64,000 bases of DNA from NCBI GenBank assembly GCA_015680685.1, contig MNCI01000651.1:372001-436000 (forward strand), in the 5' to 3' direction. The notes beneath the pieces were generated by a model. That model worked only from the letters and a program-made list of their open reading frames with translations, had not been told where the DNA came from and made no database searches. Numbering within the stretch: position 1 is the stretch's first letter; every line of letters begins with the position of its first letter. Both the position numbers and the translations under genes were made by a program. Of this stretch, positions 39,804 through 53,423 are shown in pieces. This DNA is from Gnetum montanum. Its lineage: Eukaryota > Plantae > Gnetophyta.

Positions 39804-40635
39804 TGATGAGCGGCGAGGTACCCCTACGCTCAACCATACGAATATGAGTGTTACGCATGATCTAGTCGAACTCCAAGGACTAAGTGCTTATGCACCTTCA
39901 TAGAACAAGGATGGGTTAAGTTATTGTTGTCTTCCCAAGCTTACTTGTATGACATGATGGTATGGTGAAGTAAACTTGAGGTATATGATTTTTTTATGCT
40001 TTTTTATGTTTTATGTCCTGGTACTAAAAATGGAGAAATGAAATAATTAAGTAACTAATTTAATTTAACTAATCACCTATGCTCTAACGATTCCTAACAC
40101 TAGCATCCATTCCCACTCTTCGTACAAATCCTGAACTAGCGTAACACTACTAGGATTACCAAATGCTAGTCATTACTAGGTTACCAAGTGTTTAACATAT
40201 TCTTGAAGTGGTCGTACTGAGTGTGCTTATTTTTGAGAATTAAAAAATTAATAAAATAGAAATTAATTAACTAATGAAAGAATTAAAGAACTGTAAATAA
40301 AATTAAAGGTAATAAATAAGCTATTCTGAATGCTGCAAGGTTTATCAAAAAATTCGTCTTTATTTTTGAACACAGGGTATGCTGAAGTACACAATGCTTA
40401 AATAAAGATCCATTCACTTTATGACTCCTATTGTGAGCACTCAAAAATAAATCTAACTTTAAGAGGGAAAAATTGCAAGAGTTCGGGTAAGGGACTAAGA
40501 ACTAATGTCAAACCAAGTGTGCCTGCCTCTTATTTATAGGCAACGAGACAAGTTCCAACATCAAATGTCCGATAACACTTAGTAGGCTCTGATATTGCAG
40601 ACCCAATATCGTGGCCCTGATATCATGACTCATCA
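39804..40635 (-). repeat. 5' LTR of Athila copy 2
   Basis: tgatgag...ctcatca termini; homologous to 33659-34475. Confidence 0.93.
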
Positions 40636-41299
40636 ATGATTGATAAGTCCACAACTAAAGAAAGCTCAAGTGTGTAAGCACAAAGAGAAGTCAAAAGAGA
40701 GGATTCTCTAGTATTATTAAATTATACCTAAGGAATACATAAAGTAGAAGAAGTTGAAGTATTGAATATGCCTAGAACTAAATTATAAACTACTTCATCA
40801 TCAACTAATATTGAAGGCACTTAGCATAGTTAGTTGAATAAATATGGTCATAAGAGAAGTGACTATGAAGGCTACATTGAGGTTGTAGTCCATTACCTAT
40901 CATAAAGCAACTAAGCCAACTTAGTAGTGGATTTTTAAGAAATCCAAAGTGGTTCCTGTTGGCACATTTGACCATTTCATGGAGCAGGTTGGCAGGATTA
41001 AATTGGTTAAGAGTTTTTGGAGAAGTAGTGAAAATTTCAGTTTGAGAGAAAAAGAATAAGTTAACAACAACATTCTTTTAATTTAAGGAAAAAATATATA
41101 GGAGCACCATTCCTATAGTAAGCTTATGAATCTCTAAGCATTGCATTTTACAAGGTAGCAATATACATATATCAATATATTATGATACACTGAGGCTTTA
41201 CGGAATCAAAGTCTAGTGGGATTATGGAGGAAGTCCAATTTTTATATGTATCATTTATATGATATGAATATGTAGCAAATCCAAGAGCATATCCATTAA

Positions 41300-42477
41300 A
41301 ATTGGTTTTGTATCCATGTTATTTTGGGAAAGCATATCTCTGCAACAACACAAATTCAATAGTCTGGTGGTGCAGGGTAAAATTATTTCTCCTGTGAATC
41401 ATCTCAAATTTGTGGCTGAAATAGAATTCCAAGGGGAAGACTGCCATATGGCCATCAAGTTTATATTGCTTAAATAGGAAATTAATGTAAAAATGCAGAG
41501 GTAAAAAATTGGAACACCAATCATAACTAACGGCCCTATCATCATCGTTGTCCACATCTTCTTCTCACACGGCTGCGCCAGGGAACTTACACGTATTGTT
41601 CAAATCAAAATATTGGATACTTCAGGGTTTCAATATCTGCAACCCACTCACCGAAAAATTTCCGTTGTGCTCTTAGAAACCCAAGCAATGGAGGTAGTGA
41701 AGGCATTGGTGTCTGAAAATGGTTTCCCAACATCCTGGCGCTCATTAATGGAGGTTTAAATTTGCAGTATCCACAGCAATAGGCCATGAGTAGTGATGAC
41801 CACCGCTGCCGCTACATCAGCAAGCTCTTGTTCCGTGTGGAGGTCCAGCCTGTATGCCTGAAGCGCGGTTGCATGAAATAGGGTTGTAAGGGCCTCTGCA
41901 CAACCTCACCTACCACCAAACCCTACTAGTTTCTGCGCTGTTCCACGTGCTACCAAACCTTATTCCTTTACACTGATTCAGTGTAACTCAGCAAATTTCG
42001 TGCTCACATGCCCAGGGCTCTACCATGGCCAGGAGCACCTTGAGAAATACAGGTAGAAACAGATGAAGTTCATTGCCACAACAACGAAGAAAATAGAAAC
42101 AACATCACAACTAGGAACTGATTTCAAAAATTTCAAGTGGTTAAAAATGTAAATCAAAAATGTCATTCACTCCTAAAACCTATAATCTGAAATTACCAAA
42201 AACAGTAGCAGTGCCTGACGCTGATGCATTCTTCTCCACCGTTGCCAATCCATGAAGTGCGGCAACTGAGACATATGCACAACTGAATTAGCAGAACTAT
42301 GAGATGTTTTAGCTGATGCCAATAAATCAGAGTTGAAGTTTATTCAGAAGAAACCATCATCTCTGAAGAAAAATACAACCCGAATGCATGAAATTGAAGT
42401 CACAAAAATAAAATTCCAATTTCACATGGTCCGGTGGTAAGAAGATAATTTCAGCAATTTCTCACATATGGAACCCT
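41300..42477 (-). other. CpG-retaining non-TE island 2 with canonical minus-strand splice sites and no long ORF
   Basis: Exon-like blocks ~42197-42362 (ttttcttcag|...|gtaatt), ~41959-42038 (tttctcaag|...|gtttgg) and ~41652-41857 (cttcag|...|gtgagt). Confidence 0.45.
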
Positions 42478-44008
42478 TGTTAAAGACCCGACATTAATTT
42501 AATTATCCCAAGTTGAATTACTAAGGTTTTATATACAAGGGGTAATTTAAAAAATCCTAAAATAACAATTATATGAAGCTCTTATAATATTGAGATCTTA
42601 GATTTATTTTTCAAAATTATTATATAAGTTGTTGCCTATAAATATGCATGTTAGCATGATTTTCTCCTAACTTCCCAAATTCCTAACTTGTTGGGCAAGT
42701 TATAACTTCCTTACTTGGGAGAGAATTTAGCTAAGATATTTTAGAATTTAACTACCTTTTGAAACCTATAAAAAACCTTCAAGGGTTAGTAGAAAAAAAA
42801 AAGGGACTTTTGGGGGAGACTACTAGCTCTCACTTGAAGACACACTTTGGAGCTCTGGAAGAGCATTGTAAAGAAGAAATTGTGAAAGATTGCTTGTAAG
42901 ATGACTTGCTAAAGAAAGGATTTCAGCCTCTTTGTCATAGTCCTGTGAGTTATGCTTATTTTTTTTTATTTTGTTTAGATTGTTTAGCTAGTTGTTTAGA
43001 TAGTATCATGCTTGGCAAGTAATTTTGGGATTTTTAGATTGCTCTTATTATTCTTATTGCATGATAGAAATTTCTACTAAATTTTTTCCATAGAAGCGCT
43101 TGTGTTTAAAAGCCTTAAGAATATTTTAGTAGTGAATTTGATTATTGTGCAATGTATAAGAAATGCTATTGAGATTGTTGTAAGAGAGCCTCTGCTTGTA
43201 GTCAAGCTGTTGAACAATTCAATAGTTAAGAGGGTTCAGAAAATATTTGGTATTTTGATGGGACCAGAATAGCTTTCTTTTATCTTTAAAGTTAATCTCT
43301 GTGGTATTTCAATCAGAAATTGTCAAGTCTTTTGAAGGTTCTATTGAATGCAATTGTTGACATCCATTTTCTAGCCAAAATAGAGTCTCGTACATGATAT
43401 TTTACGCAGCATTTTTTTTTTGTAGCATAGTAGGATTATCTTGAGGAAATTGCTTATTTGAGCCTTGGAAGTTTGAACAATTCGTAGATATTGAATTTGG
43501 GATAACTTTACTGCGAAGTGTTTACTCATATCATTTTAGCTTATTTAAACATTTGAGGTCTTAACATAAATCTGCTTTCTTTTCTGTCTATTTCCATTGA
43601 ATCTTGCTCTATTTCTAGTTTTCTTGTGGAACTATCTCTTTCTCTGGGAAAAATTAGAAGTAGATTCATGGAGTTGTGCTCAAATGTTTTTTCAAAATTT
43701 TATTTGTTACAAGTAGGTATTATAAGGACCGCGTAGACTAGGCAATTGAACAAAATAGGAATTCTCAACAACTCACAGTACTTGGCAAAGTTGGCTGAAT
43801 CTCTTTAAGATAAGTCATTTGTAGTTTACACTCAACCCAATCATTTCATATTTCACAACCACACAATACAATAGCACACACACATACTCACATTAACTAC
43901 TGAGTCTATTTGGAGGTATTTGGGCCTTGGTATTGCTAGAGACCAGCAAGCACCTAAATCCTGTTCGAGGACACTCGTTGGTGGTTGCGTCCCAAATGGT
44001 TGCTAATA
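42478..44008 (+). repeat. Solo-LTR-like repeat B (~1.5 kb)
   Basis: Termini tgttaaagacc...ggttgctaata, TATA-like ctataaaaa near 42766; inverted homologue of 25025-26547; no TSD or PBS. Confidence 0.75.
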
Positions 44009-44843
44009 GTTCCATCCACATATGACTAAGAATAATAATAGCCATAAGAATCCTAAGTATGCCATGAGCCCATGATGTTAGAAAATGCTATAACAACATA
44101 AAAGTTATAGAATTTCTAAAGGAGAAAACACATTACTAAAACATAAACATTTCTTAAAAAGGTTAGTAAATCCTAACCTAGACTAATACTAAGCTTAAAG
44201 ATAATATTATGATTTACCATAACTAGAAATAGTATTTTTATAGAGTATTTATAATAGCTTATAAATAGTACTAAATTATGAATTAAGTCATTGTGACTCT
44301 ATTCATCACTAAGAGGACTTGTAAGTAGTTAGTAAGATTTAAGATACTTATAATTGTAAGAACTATTACAAAGAATAGTTATCTTATAGTTCAAAGCTCC
44401 AATAGTGCTTCCAAATTATGAGAAGATCCTAGTATATTATGGTTACTAAGAGAAGACATAAAATGAAACTCTAGCATCCTAATTCTTTCATAATAGCCAA
44501 ATGGTAATAATTTTCCACTAAGAGATTCCATGCATATCTTTATAGTCACATGAAACTTCCTAATGATATAAATTATGATTCAAGAGTCCATTATAGCTCA
44601 TTAAAAAACTATGAGCTTCTAGAGTTGAGCACTACATCATGAGGATCATCAGAATGTGAAATAATCTAACATCCTATTGTTTAAATTTGTAACATAATTA
44701 ACCTTTAAAATGATTAATAATAATTAATAATATGATGTTTTATTTACCTTGGGATCCTATAAATTTAATTTCATAATCATCTTATGTCATAAATAATATA
44801 GTTTTTGAAATTTTAATCTAACCAAGAGATTAACAAGGATTGA

Positions 44844-45019
44844 TGTAACACTCCAATATTTTGAACCTAGAATCTTAGATTTGTTACCTATTTTCTTATG
44901 CTTGGTTCATGAGCATAAGGTTGTATTTTAAGGTAGCATGATCTAATAATATATTATATTATTATTAGTAATATCTATAAGTATATTCTAACATCTCTTA
45001 TGCTTATTCTTGTGGTTGT
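44844..45019 (+). repeat. Start of a Tekay/Del-like LTR, interrupted at 45020; further homologous sequence at ~49900-50800
   Basis: tgtaacactccaatattttgaacctagaatcttag resembles the reverse complement of 53385-53423; 50064-50120 resembles the reverse complement of 52950-53010. Confidence 0.55.
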
Positions 45020-48000
45020 TGATGAGTCATGTTTTACATGACTCCAATATCAGATATTTGATATCGAGGTTGCAATGTTGGGTATCCAATATCAAGGCAC
45101 AACCTTTGATGTCGGGCATTCAGTATCGATCCTTCCATGCTAGCCTATAAACACCACACTTAGGTGCATGGTTGGAGGATAGTTGGTTGATATATTTTAG
45201 ATAGCTTTTTCATAGATTTTTTATTTCCAATTTTTTTGTTTCATAGTGCATGCTCGTAGTGTGATGTTAAGTGATTGTACAACATCCTTATTCGAGTGTA
45301 ACATACTTGGGTGTGTTACATGACCGAAAATAAAGATCAAGATTACTTTTATCATTGCAGCATCAACTTAGATTTATTATTTCTTTTAATTGTTTAATTG
45401 TTTACTGTCTTCCTTAGTTAATATTTTCATTTATTGCTCTTTACTTTTTCTTTCATTAAGTAGAATGAGTACGACAAATTGTGAGTGCTTAAGTGTAATT
45501 ACTTGGTAGCCTAGCAGTGTATTGTTTGGTATGCCTAGTAACATATGCTTGGTAATCCCAATGGTAGTTACACAAAGTCCAAGGCATGTGTGGATAGTTA
45601 GGAATGGATACTCATCACATGTAGGCTAGTATAGATTTTACTTTCCACTATTAATTAGCTTAATTAATTAATCTCTTTATTACCATTAGGAGTAGCTTAG
45701 GGCTAGATAACATCAATCATCATATACCTCACTTTGGACTAAACTATACATGAAAAAATTACCACTAGTCCAAGTGGGAAGAAAATGAACTACGATCAAG
45801 ACATAACAATTTAGATGCATAACTAGTCCCATCAATAGAATTCAACCAGATCGTGTGTGAACACTTGTGATTCATATGGTTGGGCATATGAGTACCTCAC
45901 CACTCATCATTGGTGCTATTATCAAGGATAGTGGAGTTATCTAGATTAGTTATATTATACACGATCATTGTAAACACATTAATGATATATCTTTCAGAAA
46001 TTATCAAATCACACACCATAAATCAACAACAATGTCTCTTTCACAAGGAAGCAATAATGCATTGTATAGCAAATACATGCATTGGAGAACTAATGAGATA
46101 TATGTTGAATCAAATCGGAGTGACCAATCTTATGTAGGGGTTTCATATGTTCATGAAGGCAAACAATCCTAGAAGAGATGAAGTAAGTCCTAGACTAGGG
46201 GAGGCCTCAAGGCCTAGAACCTCCTCAAAACTTGGAAAAGATAAATCAAGGGACTATGGGGAAGACCATAGAAGTCATGGCAATCCTTCTAGTTCCTCAT
46301 CTTCCTCTTCCTCTTCAACATCTAGTTCTGAAAAAGATGAATGTAGATATAGAGACCAAGCTCATCATTGGTGTCAAAGTAAAAATAAAAATAGGAATTG
46401 AAACCATGGAAAAAATCAAAGATGTCAAAATAGACATAGGAAAAAATCATCAAAATCAAATGAATAGAAGTTTTCATCACAACATGTCTAATGATGGTGA
46501 ACCCTTGTTGGCCACTAGAAGCCTGAAGTAGACTATAGAGGTGGTTAAGATATCCCATAGGCATTGCAAGGAAAGTTGCCTACCCAAGCTTGATATAAAG
46601 AATATTCCTAAATTTGCAGGAGGCTACAATTCAAATCCAAAACATCATATACAAGCCTTCCAAGATGCTTGTGCCTTCTACAACATTGAAAGTGGATGGA
46701 AAAAGCTTAAGATTTTTCCTAGGACACTATTCAATAGAGCCAAAGTGTGGTATAGATAGTTGAAACCAAATTCCATCCAATAGTGGTTCACAATGTTGGA
46801 ACTCTTCAACTAGAAATAACAAACTATGCAGGGGTGCCTAACTTAAGGGGGAAAATCCAAAGATGGAGATAAGAACAACATGAACCCTTGGAAATGGCCT
46901 TAGATAGTTATTATTCTCTATTGAATAGATGCCTAGGCCATGGTTTCTCTAAGGAAAAGTGACTTTTAAACATCATTGATGGGCTTCGTAATGAAACAAA
47001 GAAGACCCTTGGGATGTATGCTCCAGGTCAATTATATGAGCTACGAATCCATCAAATCTGAGAGCTAATTGAGCATGTGGTAAAAGAAGAAAGAGAGCTA
47101 TGCAAATGGGAGAATGTTGAGAAATATCACTAGGAACTAACTCTTCAAAAGGAAAAGGTCCATATCTAAGATAAGGAGAAAGGGGCTGCTTTGGATAAGG
47201 TGATTCCACAACGAACCTTAACAATACAAAATTCTATCGATGAACTTCAAGTAGAGTTTGATAGGATTTCATAGTTGATATATGAAAAAGTTACAACTTT
47301 CATAGAAACTATAGAGGAGAAGGTAACACAAAATGAATCAAGTGATCACAACAAATAGAGGAAGTAGTACCAAGAAATAGGTAGGAACACTTATTAGCAA
47401 ACAAAGGAAATGGTTAAAGAAAGTGAGGCCATAGACTCAACCATGGATGAGGATGATGGATGTGACCTTTTCCTATATGACCATCCAAAGGCCTATTTCA
47501 CAATTGTGTCACATCTACATCAGTATTGGGCTTTTGCATTAAATCCCAAATTCATACAAAAGCACATGCCCAGGAAATTTCCTTTTCCACATGGTAATTA
47601 TAGATAATGCCACAAGCAATTGTGCTATACTAGGGGGACTTATTACCAACCTCAGCAGTGTCATCAACCACAGTGACAACCCATAGTCATGGGGGATGCC
47701 ACCACCAAGCGAGCCCTACCCTTACTACTAACTAAAAACATATGGATATTATTTTCAACAACCTATTTCTCCCACTAGTTCTACAACCTCTACTTCAAAT
47801 TACTACTATCACTCTCCCAAGTACCATCAACCCATGACATTCCTTGAAGGATCACCACTTTTCACCTCTTACCATCCATTCTATCCTTTCTATTCTCATA
47901 CTCCACCTCATTACATGCCACTGATAGCAACACAAAAAGGTTCAACACCATAACATTAACAAATGTATGTCACTTGTGCTGCGAATGTGCATAGACATGT

Positions 48001-49560
48001 TGATACCAGTAGGTTTCCATCGCAAACTTGGAAACATATTTTCTCTTAAATCACTTTTAGGTGAAAGTTTAACACTCATGGACCTACCACATCATCCGAA
48101 CAAGCACAATTTCAATCTAGTGCAATGCCTTCCTTTTCACAACCAATGTCGTCTGCGCCTATGCAAGGGCCATCATCCATTGTTCCTCCAACACCCAATA
48201 GAAACAATGAATCTAGTAGTGTCAAGAGACAAACAAATCCATGCATACAAAATCATGATCAAGGATGCAACTATGGGCTAGACATCTGTAACATGGACAC
48301 AACTCATACTCTGACCCACCATACATTTAACAACCAAGTGTGTGAACAACAACTTGTCTATGCAACTACCACTAAACCAAGAGACACCTAGTGGCTCACA
48401 AATGAAAGGCTAACAATGTTTTATACATGCATGAAGCTTGCCTATCCACTTATTACTACTTGCCCTAGTTAAACACTTAGTCATGGGGGAAACACCCCAT
48501 TATAACCTTCAAAATTAATAGGTGCTTTTCATCTTTTTGTTTTACAATTTTTTATCATTTTCTTATTTCTTGATATAATTTTTCCTATCATTTTCAGATT
48601 TTTCCACATTTTGTTTTCATTTCCTTTGTTAGTAATCTTTCTTATGAATAAAATGATCATGTAGCCCATTGAGGTGAGGTTTTCTCTATGTTGTCAAGTC
48701 ATGAGGGACTGATTATTCAGATAGTGAGGCCATGTCATCCATCCACTCATTCCATTAATAAGAGGTTTTTACCCTGGTCATGATGATATTCTTTTTCATC
48801 ATCAAACTAAAAATAAATTCATAATCATTATGCCTGAACCAAAAAGTGAAGAACCAAGGGTGAATGTGAAGGGTGTGACATCAAGGGGATTTTTAGATCC
48901 TCTTTGACCACTTCTATATGTTCTATCATGTTTCTTAGGTTGTAATTATATTCTTGTAGATCTAACAAAAAATGAGAGTGAGAGTAAAATAAAAAAGGTG
49001 CTCAATAAATTTCTGAGGATCCCACTGGAAAGACATGACCCATGCCTAAAGGTTGGTGGCTTCTCAAAATGTAAAAAACAAAAGGTACCATAAATGAGCT
49101 CCTTCCTTGGAAAAAACACCAAGTGTTGTTTCTCCTTGCAACTATTGTAGTCTTATGATTGTCAACCGAAGTGATGAAATGATGCGATGTCATTGAAATG
49201 TGGTCTAGACTTGGATTGAATCTTGATAAAAAGGGCTAATTATTTCTTAACCATTAATAACACACAAGGATTCATTATGCCTCTAGTAAGATACCTCATG
49301 TCCTAATTTCTGCAATCCTTTCTATAGTCCATCTCATCTTGCTGTCCGTATGATCCTAACTTTTGGTTTTGTGTAACATAGAGTTATTTTCTCAAATTGG
49401 TGGTTTTAACATGTCTGTTTTATTTTCTTATAGACATTTTTAGGTGTGGTTATACAAGGGCATTATGGGCTGAAGCATACTTTGGGAAGGACCCACTTGT
49501 GTCACTATTGTAACTTATACTTATTTAACACAAGCACATCATTTTTAATCTTCCATGTGC
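45020..49560 (+). mobile_element. Athila-like element copy 3: 5' LTR (45020-45909), decayed PBS (45911-45928), gag, pol absent, 3' UTR; no 3' LTR found; right end approximate
   Basis: tgatgag...ctcatca LTR; gag NIPKFAGGYNSNPKHHIQAF...KIFPRTLFNRAKVWY; post-INT motif cttagtcatggggga at ~48476; 3' UTR blocks shared with copies 1 and 2 (catgcctaaagg at ~49040). Confidence 0.8.
46147..48400 (+). pseudogene. gag: Athila gag remnant (copy 3)
   Basis: Ser-rich N-terminus, gag core motif at 46541-46759, HIIDGLRNETKKTL, Pro/Gln-rich C-terminal part. Confidence 0.8.
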
Positions 49561-51084
49561 ATAAATGTTATATTTCATGCTTTCCATTATCATGTAATTG
49601 ATCCATTCCAAACCATAGGTTTAATACCAATTTTCTTGCATATTCTAAAGCTTTTAATGTCAATGACTCCATATTTTAAACATGTCTAGTGCCTAAATAT
49701 GATTTCTTACTTACCCTAGAACTATGGACTTAACCTAAACCTTCCAACCAACCCCAAAGCTTTTTTTCCATGCTAAGTACCCTCATTAAATGCAAATTCA
49801 AGCACCAATGTAATGCACTAATTTAATGTTTGGTACATCATGGTATATCTATTTTTAAACTTATGTATAATGTATCTTAGAAAAAATCCTTATGTATTAG
49901 TAGGGCTTGATCCTTGGACCTCTTAGTACGTATATATGCCTTATCATGTCATGATGATATGCTTCTTAACATTTGGACCTTGGGACCCTTCTCTTATTAC
50001 ATATTTAGAAATATTATTATATATTCTTCCTTCTTATTATTTCTTGATATTTGCTAATACTTTATGCCTTTTGTAAAGGATGTGTTTAAAGGTCGTGGTA
50101 ACCCATTTTTGGTATTTTATTTATGCTTAATTATTCATTTTTTATACTTTGTATTTTATATTATCCTAAGATTTTTGAAATAATGTAAGAATATTGTAAA
50201 GAGGCATGTAAAATGACTATTTGGGATTTATTCTAATTATTCTCTTATTTTATCTTTGGGCATTAGGAATCCATTCCTAGGTGATGTGAGCTACATTTAG
50301 TAGTTCTTCATGGCTTTAACCCATGGAAATAGCTACTTGTAGACCATTTAAATACTTTTGTGGCAACATGACTTGATCTTAAAATTAGATTATTACTCTT
50401 AAAATTGGTCAAAGTTGGATTTGTACCTATAAATACCTAGTAAAGTTGGATCTCATGACATCAAGTATGCATTATTCTCTCTTTTATTCTCCTGCTCATG
50501 GCTAGGCATGATGAATATAATAGAGATTTTTAGATATAAACTTGTTGTTACTTGGAAAATCTTTATTCTTAGCTAATCTTTTAAGGTAGAGAAAATGTAC
50601 TTTATTTCATCAAATTTTACAAACATATTTTCTTTTTTAAAATTGACTTTTATTTTATAAATTATTCACATATTGTCTTTGGTGTAATGCTCTTTTTACT
50701 GAAATTCACTATCTTTACCTATTTTTTCTTTTTATTAAAACTTCTTCTTTCTCTTAAATTATCTTATTCTAGTGGTGGTGGTAGTCGTAACATCTTTGAA
50801 CATTATGATCTAGGTTGCAATAGATCTAGGGAATGCAATGAAACTTACAACAAATTTTCCCAGTATTATGTAGATTGATGTGATACAAAAAATATCAAAC
50901 ATTAATGTTGATGTTTGATAGTAATTATTAGTTGATAATCAAGGAATGTATGGGGGCATCTAGGTTTTTGAAAAGCTAGGATTATGATTTCATTATCTAA
51001 GATGATTTTCCAAAATTACTATTGATCTAGAATAGGTAGGTCTTTCCATGTAATTTATTTAGAAGATTCTATTAATGTAGTGAT

Positions 51085-53423
51085 TGTCACATTTAAAATT
51101 AACCATAGATAAATTTATAAAATTACTTAAAAATCATGATCAAGTTCCATATATTGCATATGAAAAATTTAAAGTCCAAAATTAAAAGATTAGATAACCT
51201 ATAATTACTAAGTATAAAACTTATAAATCAATAATCATACTTGAACAAGCCATAAAGAACAAATTACATAGCCAAATCCACGTAATGTTATACAAATAAT
51301 TGGTACCAAAAATTTGATGCACAAGTTATAAGAAATACATAAATTCACCATAAGACCATATTATAATTCCACAAAAAGGATCCAAAAATAAAACAATGCT
51401 TAAATTCTTAATTGCAGAGCATCCTTAATCACCAATGGTCCCATATCATGCTATGATCTAGTATCTACAACATTACCTAATAACTACATATAAACTTCCT
51501 AACTCAAATATACATGAAACACATGCAAGAAGGATTAATACACCTTCACCATAGAGAAAATCAACTTGGTACCAGTTGGAACAAGCTAGAAGATAGGGTC
51601 CACCCTATAAAATGCATTGTTATATCCAATAACAATTGCCAATTAACATAATCAATAATTATATCACTAACATTATCGTTAATGACTATCATTGATCCAT
51701 GATTTTCCCTAGGTTTCTATAGTATTCCTATGACATTTTCTAGCATTACATGTGTGGAATAAATATAAAGTTGATATAAACTTAACTAGCCATCAAGGAC
51801 TATTTCGTGTATTACCTTACCAATTTAGGTCAACCCTTATGCAAGATAAGAATAACCATCAGATAGAGCCCTCATGCATGTTTATAAAAACTATTAGGTC
51901 ACATTATGACTAGAATTAACTCTATAGTTCTCATAGGTCCTTGATCCTCACTACCATCTTAGATAGGGAATGTTACTAATTGACTAGTTGTTTCTACACT
52001 AGTTGTCTTGTTACAAGTCATGCTGTCAATAAACCCTACTAATACTAACTATAGTGCCCCTAGGTTGAAGACCAGCTCAACCTAAATGACCAACCATCTA
52101 GTATATGCAACCTCGTTATTTTTCTAACTTTCAATATGTTGAATGCACCCATACATGCTTGAAATTTCGACTAGATGTCATTAAAAGAAGGTGTAATTTT
52201 TGTTAGATGAAATCACCATCATGTTATGCTAGAAAATATGAAAATGTTTTGTCATGGCCCATAGAAAAGTCATGAAATAGGTTTCAATACATGGAAATAT
52301 CATTGCTACTTCCATTGGGAAGAATATGCCATAAGAGAAATATGAGCATCATGCATATAGCAAAAATTAGAAAGACAATGAATTACAATTTAACATAAAA
52401 AATAAAGGTTAGATTGACATTCAAAATATCATAAAGAAAAATCATATCCAAAAGGTATGCTACCAATTAAAAGTTGTAGAATTAAAAATATTTATTGTAC
52501 CTTTAGAGATAAGCTTAGATCCAAGCTTTGTTAAGTAAGAATAGGTTCAGATCTAGAAATCATGAATAGATCCATCAAGCATCCATGAGCACAACCACAA
52601 AAGAAAAAGATGTATGATTAATGCCAAGATATCTAGCAATGTCAAGTATTTATAGGCACAAAAAGGAGTTTTTGTGAAATTCCAAAAATAAAGAATTAAT
52701 AATTTATTTTCTAAAAATTAAGTAACATGTATTCACTAAAAGGATCTAATGATCAACCAATGGATTTAAGCCATCAAGAAAATACTGAATAAGCGGACAT
52801 GTTGAAGATTTGGGTTCCAAGACAAAATAATAGAATAATTAGAATAAAATTTAAATATATATTAACATATACTATAATCATATTCTCAAATTACTCCAAA
52901 ACTAAATAACATAAAAATATAACTTAAATAAAATATAATAAGAATTCATAAAATGCCAACAATGAGCCACCACCATCCTTCCAACATGTCCTTCACAAAA
53001 GGCATTAAGCATTAGTAAATATTAAGAAAAAATAATCAAGAAAATAAATACATAAAAATATTATTACCAAAGATGTAACAAGAAACATTTTCAAGGTCAA
53101 AACATTAAGAACATAATATCAAGACATAATAAAACATGTAAGCTTACCAACACTTCCAAGGATCATATACAAGATTCTATGAAAATATACCATGATGTAT
53201 AAAAATGCCAATGCATATAAATGAGTTAAAGGTTTACACATCAAGATGCATAATCATAAACATAAGTATAAAAGAGGCATTAGAATGTAGTAACATAAAG
53301 TACTTGTAAAATATAATATATTATTAGCATAATATATAAAATATATCCATAAGCTTAAGAACCAACCATACAAACATATATAATGAGCCTAAGATCCTAG
53401 GCTCAAAACACTATGACATTACA
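51085..53423 (-). repeat. Tekay/Del-like LTR (minus strand) with adjacent PPT-like segment at 53424-53460; left boundary approximate
   Basis: Minus-strand start tgtaatgtcatagtgttttgagcctagg, preceded by gagaacaaatatttcttaagaatgaaagag (chromovirus-like pre-LTR motif); TATA ctataaatac near 52650. Confidence 0.55.

Larger units (their letters stand above)
33659..40635 (-). mobile_element. Athila-like element copy 2, both LTRs present, internally deleted, TSD ATGAT
   Basis: LTRs 33659-34475 and 39804-40635; atgat at 33654-33658 and 40636-40640; PBS and PPT present. Confidence 0.93.

Noticed and set aside
42000-42038. GTGCTC...GAGCAC hairpin reminiscent of miR156/529/535
   Set aside because: Stem too short and no mature miRNA sequence present.
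25020-44013. Inversion by recombination between the two inverted LTR-like copies
   Set aside because: The expected reverse-complement swap of TSDs is not observed; unsupported, though not excluded.
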